Shown here piece after piece: positions 1-8,737 of a stretch of DNA of 64,000 bases (positions are counted from its first letter, which is position 1; every line of letters starts with the position of its first letter). The position numbers and the translations under genes were made by a program. Source of the stretch: an uncultured Acidobacteriaceae bacterium (GTDB taxonomy: Bacteria > Acidobacteriota > Terriglobia > Terriglobales > Acidobacteriaceae); assembly GCA_963752985.1 (NCBI GenBank), contig CAVWAN010000012.1, forward strand, positions 98,933 through 162,932, in the 5' to 3' direction. The notes beneath the pieces were generated by a model, which ran no database searches, had not been told where the DNA came from, and worked only from the letters and a program-made list of their open reading frames with translations.

Positions 1-1
1 T

Positions 2-268
2 CCCGTTTGGTCGTTGATTAGATTCCTCGATGCCGACGGCAAAGATAGTCTTCTTGTGCGGAGTCTGTTCACGCAAGAATGCGTAAAACGTGGAGTGCTG
101 CTTCTGGCAACGCATAACATGACGGCGGCGCACGATCCGCTGGCGATTGAACAAACCCTACGAGTGTACGCGGAGGTGTGCAAAACAGTGTCGAAATGGC
201 TGAGCGAACTACGTCCGGAAGAGCACCTTGAAGGAGAGATGATTGAGCCGGTATTCCGAGTTCGCTGA
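2..268 (+). CDS. C-terminal fragment of a class-III (GSA-aminomutase-like) PLP aminotransferase; the 5' end lies outside the window
   Basis: The frame is open from the window edge to the stop at 266-268. The tail ...ATHNMTAAHDPLAIEQTLRVYAEV... resembles the C-termini of class-III aminotransferases. It is partial, so the call is weak. Confidence 0.4.
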   Translation, partial: PVWSLIRFLDADGKDSLLVRSLFTQECVKRGVLLLATHNMTAAHDPLAIEQTLRVYAEVCKTVSKWLSELRPEEHLEGEMIEPVFRVR

Positions 269-335
269 TACGCTCGCGGATGCGTTCAACCCGCGAAATT
301 CAAAACGGCGATTGATGTAACTTTCGGAGGAGTCG

Positions 336-1379
336 ATGAAACCAGGCGTACTTTTGATTCGAGCCGATGCCAGCCTTGCGATAGGAACGGGGCATGTGAT
401 GCGCTGTTTGGCGCTGGCGCAAGCTTGGCAGGATGCGGGAGGGAACGCTATTTTCGCGATGGCCGACGCCCCGCTCGCGGTGAAGGAACGGCTGCGAAAC
501 GAGGGGTTCGAGGTGGCGCGACTCGGTGTCCTGGTGGGTAGCGCCGCTGATGCGGAGGAAACGGCCCAGTTGGCGCAGAAGCATGACGCATCGTGGGTGG
601 TGGTCGACGGCTACGAATTTGGTGCGGAATATCAGGCGAGTCTGAAAAGGCGCGGCCGCAACGTTCTGTTCATCGACGACAATGGCCACGCTGGACGCTA
701 CTCCGCGGATCTCGTGCTGAATCAGAACGTCTATGCTGACGAAGTGTTGTATCGAAACCGCGAACTCTCAACCAAACTGCTGATTGGTCCGCAGTTTGCT
801 ATGTTACGGCGCGAATTTGCCGCGTGGCGGAATTGGAAGCGGGAGACTCCGGCGATCGTGCGGAAAGTACTGGTCACGATGGGTGGTAGCGACCCGCATA
901 ACATTACGGAGCGAGTTTTGCACGTGATTTTGGCGAAACGCGAATTGGAAGCAACCGTGGTTGTGGGCGGCAGCAATCCGCATCTGCACGAACTGCGGGA
1001 ACTCATAGAACGGCATCGTGGCACGGTCCATATGGTCGAGAACGCGACGAACATGCCAGAGCTGATCGCTTCAGCGGACGTCGCGGTTGCGGCCGCCGGT
1101 ACGACCAGCTTGGAGATGTGCTTTCTTGGGTTGCCGGCTTTGCTGATCGTACTGGCGGATAACCAGCGTGCAGCTGCGGAAGAGTTGGGTCGCCGGGGGA
1201 TAGCCATCCACTTGGGAGGGGACGCAACACCAGGCCTGCTTGCGGAACACTTGGCTAGCTTGCTTGCGTCGGCGGAAAGGCGGCAGGCGATGTCGGAGAT
1301 GGGAAGGAAGTTGGTGGACGATCGGGGCGCAGAACGGGTGGCGGCGAAACTGAATGGAAGCGGATGGGAGGCAGAATGA
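336..1379 (+). CDS. pseG: UDP-2,4-diacetamido-2,4,6-trideoxy-beta-L-altropyranose hydrolase (PseG, pseudaminic acid pathway)
   Basis: 347 aa. The N-terminus LLIRADASLAIGTGHVMRCLALAQAW and the GT28-like C-terminal half (VTMGGSDP ... AAAGTTSLE) are typical of PseG. It lies two genes upstream of pseI. Confidence 0.8.
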   Translation: MKPGVLLIRADASLAIGTGHVMRCLALAQAWQDAGGNAIFAMADAPLAVKERLRNEGFEVARLGVLVGSAADAEETAQLAQKHDASWVVVDGYEFGAEYQASLKRRGRNVLFIDDNGHAGRYSADLVLNQNVYADEVLYRNRELSTKLLIGPQFAMLRREFAAWRNWKRETPAIVRKVLVTMGGSDPHNITERVLHVILAKRELEATVVVGGSNPHLHELRELIERHRGTVHMVENATNMPELIASADVAVAAAGTTSLEMCFLGLPALLIVLADNQRAAAEELGRRGIAIHLGGDATPGLLAEHLASLLASAERRQAMSEMGRKLVDDRGAERVAAKLNGSGWEAE

Positions 1380-2158
1380 GTAGCGTGAAACAGGACGATA
1401 GCGTTCGCGCCTATTGGAACAGCCGTGCTGGCTTGGGGAGGTGGGCGGGCACCCGAGACATCATCGCCAAGGAACTGGAGCTCAAAACGATCGCCGAGTT
1501 TGTGCGACCCGGCATGAAGGTGCTCGACGTGGGCTGCGGCAACGGCGTCGCCGCCATCGAACTAGCGCGGCGCTTTCAGGTCGATATCACGGCCATCGAC
1601 TACGTGGCAGACATGGTCGGGGCAGCCTCCCAAACTGCTGCTACGGAGACTCTGGTCGGCACCATACAGTTCCGGGAAGGTGACGTGACGAACCTCCACG
1701 ATCTGCCCCGAGACTTCGACCTCATCTATACGGAGAGGGTCATTATCAATCTGCCTGATTGGGAAACTCAGAAGAGAGCAATCACCGAATTGACCGGTCT
1801 GCTCCGTGTGGGTGGTGTGTACGCGATGGTCGAAAATAGCCAGGATGGACTGGACAAGATAAACGCGCTCCGGCAACAAGTTGGTCTCCAACCCGTGGTG
1901 ACGCCGTGGCACAATCGCTACCTCAAGGATTCCGAGTTGCAGATCCTCAGCATCCCGGGCGTTACGCTTGAAAAGGTGATCTTTCATAGCTCCACCTATT
2001 ATTTTCTCAGCCGGGTGGTAAATGCCTGGCTCGCGGCGCGGGAGGGAAAGGAACCGGACTACGACTCCCCGGTGAACGAATTAGCACTGCAGCTTCCTGC
2101 CATCGGCGATCTGGGCCAGGGGAGGGTTTGGGTATGGAAACGACTTGCGTCGAATTGA
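1376..2158 (+). CDS. class I SAM-dependent methyltransferase
   Basis: Motif I VLDVGCGNGVAAIELA is present. I prefer the ATG at 1376 (ATGA overlap with the pseG stop) over the ORF-track start at 1364. Confidence 0.75.
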   Translation: MSSVKQDDSVRAYWNSRAGLGRWAGTRDIIAKELELKTIAEFVRPGMKVLDVGCGNGVAAIELARRFQVDITAIDYVADMVGAASQTAATETLVGTIQFREGDVTNLHDLPRDFDLIYTERVIINLPDWETQKRAITELTGLLRVGGVYAMVENSQDGLDKINALRQQVGLQPVVTPWHNRYLKDSELQILSIPGVTLEKVIFHSSTYYFLSRVVNAWLAAREGKEPDYDSPVNELALQLPAIGDLGQGRVWVWKRLASN

Positions 2159-3222
2159 CGATCGACGGCGCGGTTCCGAATCGGCTTGTCGGTCCCACCC
2201 ATCCCGTTTACATCGTTGCCGAGCTATCCGCCAATCATAATCGGAGTTTTGATCAGGCGGTCCGGATTGTTCGCGCCGCCAAGGACGCCGGTGCCGATGC
2301 GGTTAAACTCCAGACCTACACGGCCGATACGATCACGCTGCGCAGTGACAAAGAGTGTTTTCGGATTGCGGGGGGCACACTGTGGGATGGCCGCATTCTT
2401 CACGACCTCTACCAGGAGGCGTTTACGCCGTGGGAGTGGCAGCCGAAGCTGAAAGAGATCGCGGACGAACTGGGGATGCACCTGTTTTCGAGTGCGTTCG
2501 ACGATAGTGCGGTCGACTTTCTCGAACAGATGAATGTTCCGGCGCACAAGGTGGCGTCGTTTGAACTCGTGGACATCGGCCTGATCCAGAAGATGGCTCG
2601 AACCGGGAAGCCGCTGATTATGTCCACGGGCATGGCCAGCGAGGGTGAAATCTCCGAAGCGGTCGAGGCGGCCCGCGGAGCCGCGCCCGGGAATGGACCG
2701 GCGCAGATTGCGCTCTTGAAGTGTACGAGCGCTTATCCGGCGCCGCCGGAGGAGGCGAACCTGCTCACCATTCCGGAATTGGCGCGCCGCTTCGGCTGTC
2801 CCGTGGGACTTTCCGATCACACGATGGGAATCGCGGTCCCCGTCGCCGCCGTGGCGCTGGGAGCCTGCATCATTGAGAAACATCTCTGCTTGCGCCGGGC
2901 GGATGGCGGGCCGGACGGCGCGTTCTCGCTCGAACCCCAGGAATTCAAGGCAATGGTGGAGGCGGTACGCACTGCCGAGAAAGCTCTCGGCTCGGTGCAG
3001 TTTGGCTCCGGGCCGCGCGAGGCGAACAGCCGAAAGTTTCGACGCTCGCTGTTCGTGGTCGAAAATATGAAGAAGGGCGAGTTGTTTACCAAACAGAACG
3101 TGCGTTCGATTCGTCCAGCGGATGGATTGCATCCACGGCACCTCAACGAAGTTCTGGGAAAACGCGCGGCCTGCGATGTGGAGCGCGGAACGCCGCTCAG
3201 TTGGGCGGTCGTGACGCGCTGA
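2128..3222 (+). CDS. pseI: pseudaminic acid synthase (NeuB family, PseI)
   Basis: PVYIVAELSANHN, AVKLQTYTADT, LLKCTSAYPAPPEEANL, GLSDHTMG and a C-terminal SAF-like domain (FARSLF-type RRSLFVVENMKKGE) align along the whole length with PseI/NeuB as remembered. The start could be 2128 or 2134. Confidence 0.85.
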   Translation: MGMETTCVELTIDGAVPNRLVGPTHPVYIVAELSANHNRSFDQAVRIVRAAKDAGADAVKLQTYTADTITLRSDKECFRIAGGTLWDGRILHDLYQEAFTPWEWQPKLKEIADELGMHLFSSAFDDSAVDFLEQMNVPAHKVASFELVDIGLIQKMARTGKPLIMSTGMASEGEISEAVEAARGAAPGNGPAQIALLKCTSAYPAPPEEANLLTIPELARRFGCPVGLSDHTMGIAVPVAAVALGACIIEKHLCLRRADGGPDGAFSLEPQEFKAMVEAVRTAEKALGSVQFGSGPREANSRKFRRSLFVVENMKKGELFTKQNVRSIRPADGLHPRHLNEVLGKRAACDVERGTPLSWAVVTR

Positions 3223-3234
3223 AGAACCAGGGCC

Positions 3235-3323
3235 CAGGTGTCAGGACTTAGGTCTGAGGAAATTCGCCAACCCCTGAGACCTGGCACCTAAGACCTAGGA
3301 CCTAAGACCTGACACCTGTTTTT
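3235..3323 (+). terminator. long imperfect hairpin plus T5 run between pseI and the next CDS
   Basis: The arm caggtgtcaggacttaggtc (3235-3254) pairs with gacctaagacctgacacctg (3299-3318), about 20 bp with one mismatch. It is followed by ttttt (3319-3323). The loop carries repeated AGACCT/GGACCT units. Confidence 0.5.
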
Positions 3324-5075
3324 ATGCGAGTTCTCCTCTTACATCCCGACGACGACTTTCACGGTTCGTGGATGCGCCAGCACTGGGATTCGGTGATCGA
3401 CCTGGGTCGAGCGCCAAGATCTTTTTATGACGAACGGAGTGCTGCGCTGGGGTGCCCTGTCTTCAGCGTTTTCGACCTTGCAGTCGAAATTGAGGACATG
3501 CAGATTTGGCGTAATTTGCTTCAACCCGGCATGGGATGGGTGGTAGACGATTTTGGCATCGACTGGTGGGACGTGATTGGTTTGATGCTGCAGCCGGAAT
3601 TGCAGGATGTGAGGCTCGCACTCCGGCTGGCGGAGAAGCTCAGAGGATGTCGCACGCTGGCGGCGAGCCGGCCTTCGGTAACAGCAGACGTTTTGCGACT
3701 CCAATTGGGAATACCGCTGCAAGTGCTCCACCGGGGACTGCGGGAGCGTCTGGTGCCCGGCATTGTGCGTCGCAGCGCTACTGCGGCTGCGAACCTGACC
3801 TTTGTGCAATTCCGCCAGGTGGTATACGACAAGTACGATCCGCACTACCGCTGGCGGAGGAGGTTTGCGGGGTCACCGGCGCCATCGTCAAAAGGGAAAT
3901 CGGGATCGGAGCCGGTTCTGCTGCTTCCGACAGCCTATTCGAATGTCACGAAAACCGCGCTCGGTTATGCCGGAACGTTGCCCGACAAGAAATTCCTACT
4001 GGTTGTAGCGCGCGAGTCCGCAGCCGTGTCGCCGGTTCCGGCGAATGTGCAGACGGCGCTGCTGGCGAGTTTTGCAACCAAGAAGTGCGACCGGGAAGAA
4101 TTGCAGAAACTTGAAATCTGCTGGACGCAGATGGAGCAGTCGCTGCAAGCGCATCCGGCATTTAGGTTGCCAGTTCACCTCGAGATTTTGAAGCAGGGGC
4201 CGCATTGGTTGCGCTGGGGACTCGGGGTTCGTGATGCCTGGCTACAGGTCTTTGAGACGCATTCGGTAGTGGGGTGTCTGAGCGCCGACGATTCGAATCC
4301 CTACACACGGATTCCTCTGCTGCTGGCCGCGGAGCGGAAAATTCCGGCAGTAGCGTGCCATCATGGGGCGCTCGATTGCCGCATGGCGCACAAAAATCTG
4401 CGGTTTTCGAATTATCTGGCGAAAGGCGAGATGGAGCGTGACTATCTGGAACGCATCTGCGGAGTCGATGCCGACAGGATTCGGATCGGAGCGGCGTCTC
4501 CGCCGCGAGAGAATGGTTCAGTCTGGAGTGAGCAGGCTCCCTGGATTACGTTTTTCACAGAGCCGTATGAAGTGGATTTCTGGCGGGTGGAGCCGATTTA
4601 CCGCGAGTTGCTGCCCCGCCTCTGTGCGGCTGCCCGCAGGTCGGGAAAGACCGTGGTTTTGAAGCTGCATCCGTTTGAGACCGCCCGGCAGCGGCTCCGC
4701 TTGTTGGCACGGACCTTGAGCGAGGCCGACCGCAAATTGGTGAGCGTGATAGATGCGCCACTGTCTCACGAGATTCTGCAGAAGACATGGTGCGCAGTGA
4801 CGGTTGAATCGACAGTCGCTTGCGAATGTGCATCGGTTGGAATCCCTGTTTTTTTGTGCGGATGGTTGCGCCATGCCTACACTGGATATGCTCCTCAGTA
4901 TGTCCGCTTCGGTGTGGGGCGGATGCTGGAATCTCCGGATGAACTGCTGCGCATTCCAGAAATGTTGGGCGCGGTTATGCCCAGAGCGGATACGGCGCGC
5001 CGACTGGTGCAGGCGATTTCTCCGGAGGTCCTGTCGGAAGTTTTCGCATTGAACGCCGCTTGTTTGGATCGGTAG
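3324..5075 (+). CDS. hypothetical protein, possible GT-B-like CMP-sugar (nonulosonate/Kdo-type) transferase
   Basis: 583-aa ORF with coding-like composition. The C-terminal part GKTVVLKLHPFE...VTVESTVACECASVGIPVFLCG resembles the HP-motif region of KpsC/KpsS-type and sialyltransferase-type GT-B enzymes. Function is inferred from this and from adjacency to the pse genes. The start is uncertain because no room is left for an RBS after the hairpin. Confidence 0.5.
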   Translation: MRVLLLHPDDDFHGSWMRQHWDSVIDLGRAPRSFYDERSAALGCPVFSVFDLAVEIEDMQIWRNLLQPGMGWVVDDFGIDWWDVIGLMLQPELQDVRLALRLAEKLRGCRTLAASRPSVTADVLRLQLGIPLQVLHRGLRERLVPGIVRRSATAAANLTFVQFRQVVYDKYDPHYRWRRRFAGSPAPSSKGKSGSEPVLLLPTAYSNVTKTALGYAGTLPDKKFLLVVARESAAVSPVPANVQTALLASFATKKCDREELQKLEICWTQMEQSLQAHPAFRLPVHLEILKQGPHWLRWGLGVRDAWLQVFETHSVVGCLSADDSNPYTRIPLLLAAERKIPAVACHHGALDCRMAHKNLRFSNYLAKGEMERDYLERICGVDADRIRIGAASPPRENGSVWSEQAPWITFFTEPYEVDFWRVEPIYRELLPRLCAAARRSGKTVVLKLHPFETARQRLRLLARTLSEADRKLVSVIDAPLSHEILQKTWCAVTVESTVACECASVGIPVFLCGWLRHAYTGYAPQYVRFGVGRMLESPDELLRIPEMLGAVMPRADTARRLVQAISPEVLSEVFALNAACLDR

Positions 5076-5225
5076 TGATTGTCACGGCTAGAAGGGGCGA
5101 CTTCCCGCCTTTTTTTGATCCCAGGTACCGCTGAAATTCTCTCCCAACCGTGGGCGGGCGGTTTGAGATAATCTGGAACATCATTCGAAAAGACCGATTC
5201 GGCAGCAGGCGCGCACAGGCATATA

Positions 5226-6824
5226 TTGAACATCCCCGATACAGCTCTCGAGGCGTCGCAGTCGGCGCTCTCTGCCAGTCCTGAAGCGCGATTTCGTAGT
5301 GAGATGGGACAGATCTCGCGGCATTCGGCAGTCTTCTTCGCGGGAACTCTGTTTACCGCGGGTGCGGGATATCTCTTCAAAATCTACCTGGCGCGAGTGT
5401 TGGGCGCGGAGGCGCTCGGAATCTACGCGCTGGGAATGACGATCGTTGGCTTCTTCGGACTTTTCAGCGGACTAGGTCTACCGCAAGCGGCGGTGCGCTT
5501 TGTGGCGGCCTATTCGGCGACGGAACAATGGCAGCGCTTGTATAGCTTTCTTCGCCGGGCGTTCCTGTTGCTGGCGGTTGGGAATGTGCTGCTGGCGGCG
5601 GCAATGCTGGCCCTCGGGCCGTGGGTGGCGCGGAGCCTCTATCATGCGCCGGCTCTCGTACCCTTTCTTCACCTATTTGCTCTCCTTCTGGTGCTGGGCG
5701 TGTTCACAACTTTTTTGGGCCAGGTTCTGGCGGGATATAAAGACGTCGCGCTTCGAACCATCATTACCAACTTCATCGGAAGTCCGTTGAACATTGTTTT
5801 CGCGGTGGCGCTGCTCAGTTTGGGCTTCGGGCTTCGCGGATATTTGCTGGCTCAGGTAGCAAGTTCAGTTATTGTCCTCGTGTTGCTGTCGGTGGCGGGG
5901 TGGCGGCTGATGCCGAGGCAGGCAAGGCGGGCTCCGGACACCGCCGTTCCCCTGGAGCGTGAAGTGTTCTGGTTTTCCGCCGCCGTATTCGGCTTCAATT
6001 TCTTGGGTTTCATACTCAGCCAAACCGACATATTTCTGCTGGGAGTTTTTCTGGACGTCCGACAAGTGGGAATCTATGCCGTGGCGGCCACGCTGGTTGC
6101 GTTTGTGCCGGTGGCGCTGCAGTCGGTCAACCAGATCTTTTCTCCGACGATCGCCGATTTGCATGCCCGCGGAGAGCACGCTCTACTGGGCCGGCTTTTT
6201 CAGACTTTGACGAAATGGATATTGGGATCGACCGTGCCCTTGGCATTGGTCATGATCGTCTTCTCAAAGCCCCTGATGCGCTTGTTTGGCGCGGCATTTG
6301 AGGCAGGCTGGCTGGTGCTGATTCTGGGCACACTGGGGCAATTGGTGAATGCCGGAGTAGGTTCGGTCGGCTATCTGCTGCTTATGTCGGGGAACCAGGC
6401 CCGCCTGATTCGCGTGCAGGTGGTCATGGCAGTATTCATGGTCGCGGCCTCTCTGGGTTTAGTGCGGCCGTTTGGAATTGCCGGAGTGGCGCTGGCAGCG
6501 GCCCTGACCAACGCTTTGAGCAATTATCTGAATCTGCGTCAGGTCCGGGCGGCACTGCGATTATCGCCTTACAATCGGACGTATCTTCGCTTGCTCGGGC
6601 CTTGCTTTGCGAGCCTGGCAGTTACGGCGGGGTTGCGGCTGCTTTTCCGGTCGTCGTCTCTTCATCCGGAGTGGTTGGGGATTGGAATTGCATTGGTCGT
6701 GTCCTACGCATCGTTCTGTGGATTGGCGTTGCTGACCGGATTGGACGATGACGACAAGATGATCGTGGCCGCAATTCGCAACCGTGTTTTCGGCGCGGCG
6801 GGGAAGACGCCGTTTTCACGATGA
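5226..6824 (+). CDS. wzx: oligosaccharide/polysaccharide flippase (Wzx, MOP superfamily)
   Basis: About 500 aa and highly hydrophobic, with 12-14 predicted helices. It has the typical Wzx N-terminus ...FFAGTLFTAGAGYLFKIYLARVLGAEALGIY. An alternative ATG start is at 5304. Confidence 0.75.
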   Translation: MNIPDTALEASQSALSASPEARFRSEMGQISRHSAVFFAGTLFTAGAGYLFKIYLARVLGAEALGIYALGMTIVGFFGLFSGLGLPQAAVRFVAAYSATEQWQRLYSFLRRAFLLLAVGNVLLAAAMLALGPWVARSLYHAPALVPFLHLFALLLVLGVFTTFLGQVLAGYKDVALRTIITNFIGSPLNIVFAVALLSLGFGLRGYLLAQVASSVIVLVLLSVAGWRLMPRQARRAPDTAVPLEREVFWFSAAVFGFNFLGFILSQTDIFLLGVFLDVRQVGIYAVAATLVAFVPVALQSVNQIFSPTIADLHARGEHALLGRLFQTLTKWILGSTVPLALVMIVFSKPLMRLFGAAFEAGWLVLILGTLGQLVNAGVGSVGYLLLMSGNQARLIRVQVVMAVFMVAASLGLVRPFGIAGVALAAALTNALSNYLNLRQVRAALRLSPYNRTYLRLLGPCFASLAVTAGLRLLFRSSSLHPEWLGIGIALVVSYASFCGLALLTGLDDDDKMIVAAIRNRVFGAAGKTPFSR

Positions 6825-6839
6825 CCGGGTTGATCGATA

Positions 6840-7598
6840 ATGCCGATTCAAATCATTGTTAACGCGGATGACCTCGGTTTGAGCGCGGAGGTGAATGAGG
6901 CGATCTTTCGGGCCATGGAGGCCGGGGTCATTACGTCGGCGACCATGCTGTCAAACGGGTCCGCCGTTATCCCGGCCGCACGTATGCTGCACCGTTTTCC
7001 CAACTGTTCGTTCGGAGTGCACCTGAATCTAACCGAGTTCCAGCGTCTGGGCGCGGAGAATCCCACCGCTCTCTCCAGCATTCTCGACGAGCACAACTGC
7101 TTTAAAGGCAATGCCATCCGTGAGGTCAGGATCAGTGCGCCGATGCTAAGGGCCATTTACGAGGAATGGTGTGCACAGATTGACAATCTAATCCAGTTCG
7201 GGGTGCAACCGAGTCACTTGGACAGTCATCACCATGTTCATACCATTCCGCAGATGCTCCCGGTTCTGGCTGCCCTGCGTCGCCGCTACCGGATCAACAA
7301 AGCCAGAATCAGCCGGAATATGTATGACCCCGCGGCGTTCGCGAGCAGGGGCCTGCTTGCAAAGAAGTGGCTCTACAACCAGGCCTTAAGGTGTATTGGA
7401 TTCAAGACCACGGGAATATTTACGGACCTGGAGGTTTTTATCAGAGTTTGTGCTGCCCGGCCTCCGGCGGAGCCGCTGATCGAACTCATGGCTCACCCAG
7501 GCTCCGCATTTTCGAGCGAAGAGCCGAGTTTGCTGGCGAGCGATTGGACCAAGAGGCTTTCGTATCAGGTTGCCCTGGTGAGCTACAAAGCTTGGTAA
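6840..7598 (+). CDS. ChbG/YdjC-family carbohydrate deacetylase
   Basis: IIVNADDLGLSAEVNEAI at the N-terminus and HLDSHHHVH match the YdjC/ChbG/HpnK family. Confidence 0.8.
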   Translation: MPIQIIVNADDLGLSAEVNEAIFRAMEAGVITSATMLSNGSAVIPAARMLHRFPNCSFGVHLNLTEFQRLGAENPTALSSILDEHNCFKGNAIREVRISAPMLRAIYEEWCAQIDNLIQFGVQPSHLDSHHHVHTIPQMLPVLAALRRRYRINKARISRNMYDPAAFASRGLLAKKWLYNQALRCIGFKTTGIFTDLEVFIRVCAARPPAEPLIELMAHPGSAFSSEEPSLLASDWTKRLSYQVALVSYKAW

Positions 7599-7654
7599 AT
7601 AGGATCAGCGAACGTGGCAGGCCGACCGGGCTGACGCGAGGACTCTTTCCGCGG

Positions 7655-8725
7655 TCAAGCCGTCCGCGCCGCAGCAATTTCGAGGTAAGCATTCTGCCAC
7701 AGCCTGCTCACCAAGTCCCAATCGAACTGCAGCGCATGCCTGCGCGCTGCGAGTCCCATTTGCTCTCGCAGCGAACGATCGGAGATCAGCTGTCCCAGGC
7801 GCTGCATCATCTCGTCGGGAGTTGCGACCTGAAAGCCAGTGACTCCATCCACAACGGACGGAGTTTCGTAGTCGCGAAACACGATGCACGGCAAACCAAC
7901 GGCCGCCGCCTCGAGCGTGACCTTGGGTATTCCCTCTAACCGCGATGGCAGAATAAAAATGTCGCTGCTGCGCATGATTTCAAGTATCTGCGACTGGCTC
8001 TTGGAACCCTCTAACGTCACATTATTCAAGCCCAGGCGAGTGATTTTCTCTTGCAGGGCCGCTTCGAATCCCTCCCTCCCGGCTCCCACCAGCCGGAACT
8101 GCGTGTCACGGAAAGTGGCGGCGGCGTCGATCACGTACTGGGGGCCCTTGCGTTCCACCAACGTTCCTGCGAACAGCACGGTGGGGACAGATCTGGTTCG
8201 CTGCGAAGGAGGCGTGAACAAACTGGTATCAACGCCTACCGGAAGAATATAGGCGGTTTGCTTTCTTACCGAGTTGTAGATATCGCGGGCGACGAATTCC
8301 GTGATGGCAGTGTAAACGTCACAGTGGGGAAAGGTACCCTGATAGAGGAACAGCAGCCCACGCGAGGGATTCTCCATCTGGGCCTGGGGCGCTTCGGCGT
8401 GGAAGACCGATTTCGTGTGCCCGCGCACGGCGCGCGGCAGGTGAAGAAAGAAATAGCTCGCGAAGCTGTAGTCGATGTAGGCGACGATGTCGTAGCCAGC
8501 CAGGAGTTCCCTTGCGATGCGAAAGGTTTTACCGCGAGCCGGCAATTGCAGCAGCCGGATCCCGTCGCGGTTCCTTAACCGTGGGTCGGGTTCCTGTTCG
8601 TACCAGAGCGTGCTTTGGAGAAGCTCGGGATCGAGTCGCAACGCGAGCTCACGAACGTTCAGACTCTGGGCGTTGGTATTGTCTGCATCCACCCCGGGGA
8701 GAAACAGTATCCGAACCTTATCCAT
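7655..8725 (-). CDS. glycosyltransferase family 4 (GT-B)
   Basis: Carries the E-x7-E region SRLEGIPKVTLEAAAVGLPCIV. The N-terminus MDKVRILFLPG is typical of GT4. Confidence 0.85.
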   Translation of the reverse strand: MDKVRILFLPGVDADNTNAQSLNVRELALRLDPELLQSTLWYEQEPDPRLRNRDGIRLLQLPARGKTFRIARELLAGYDIVAYIDYSFASYFFLHLPRAVRGHTKSVFHAEAPQAQMENPSRGLLFLYQGTFPHCDVYTAITEFVARDIYNSVRKQTAYILPVGVDTSLFTPPSQRTRSVPTVLFAGTLVERKGPQYVIDAAATFRDTQFRLVGAGREGFEAALQEKITRLGLNNVTLEGSKSQSQILEIMRSSDIFILPSRLEGIPKVTLEAAAVGLPCIVFRDYETPSVVDGVTGFQVATPDEMMQRLGQLISDRSLREQMGLAARRHALQFDWDLVSRLWQNAYLEIAAARTA

Positions 8726-8737
8726 GTTGCCACAATC

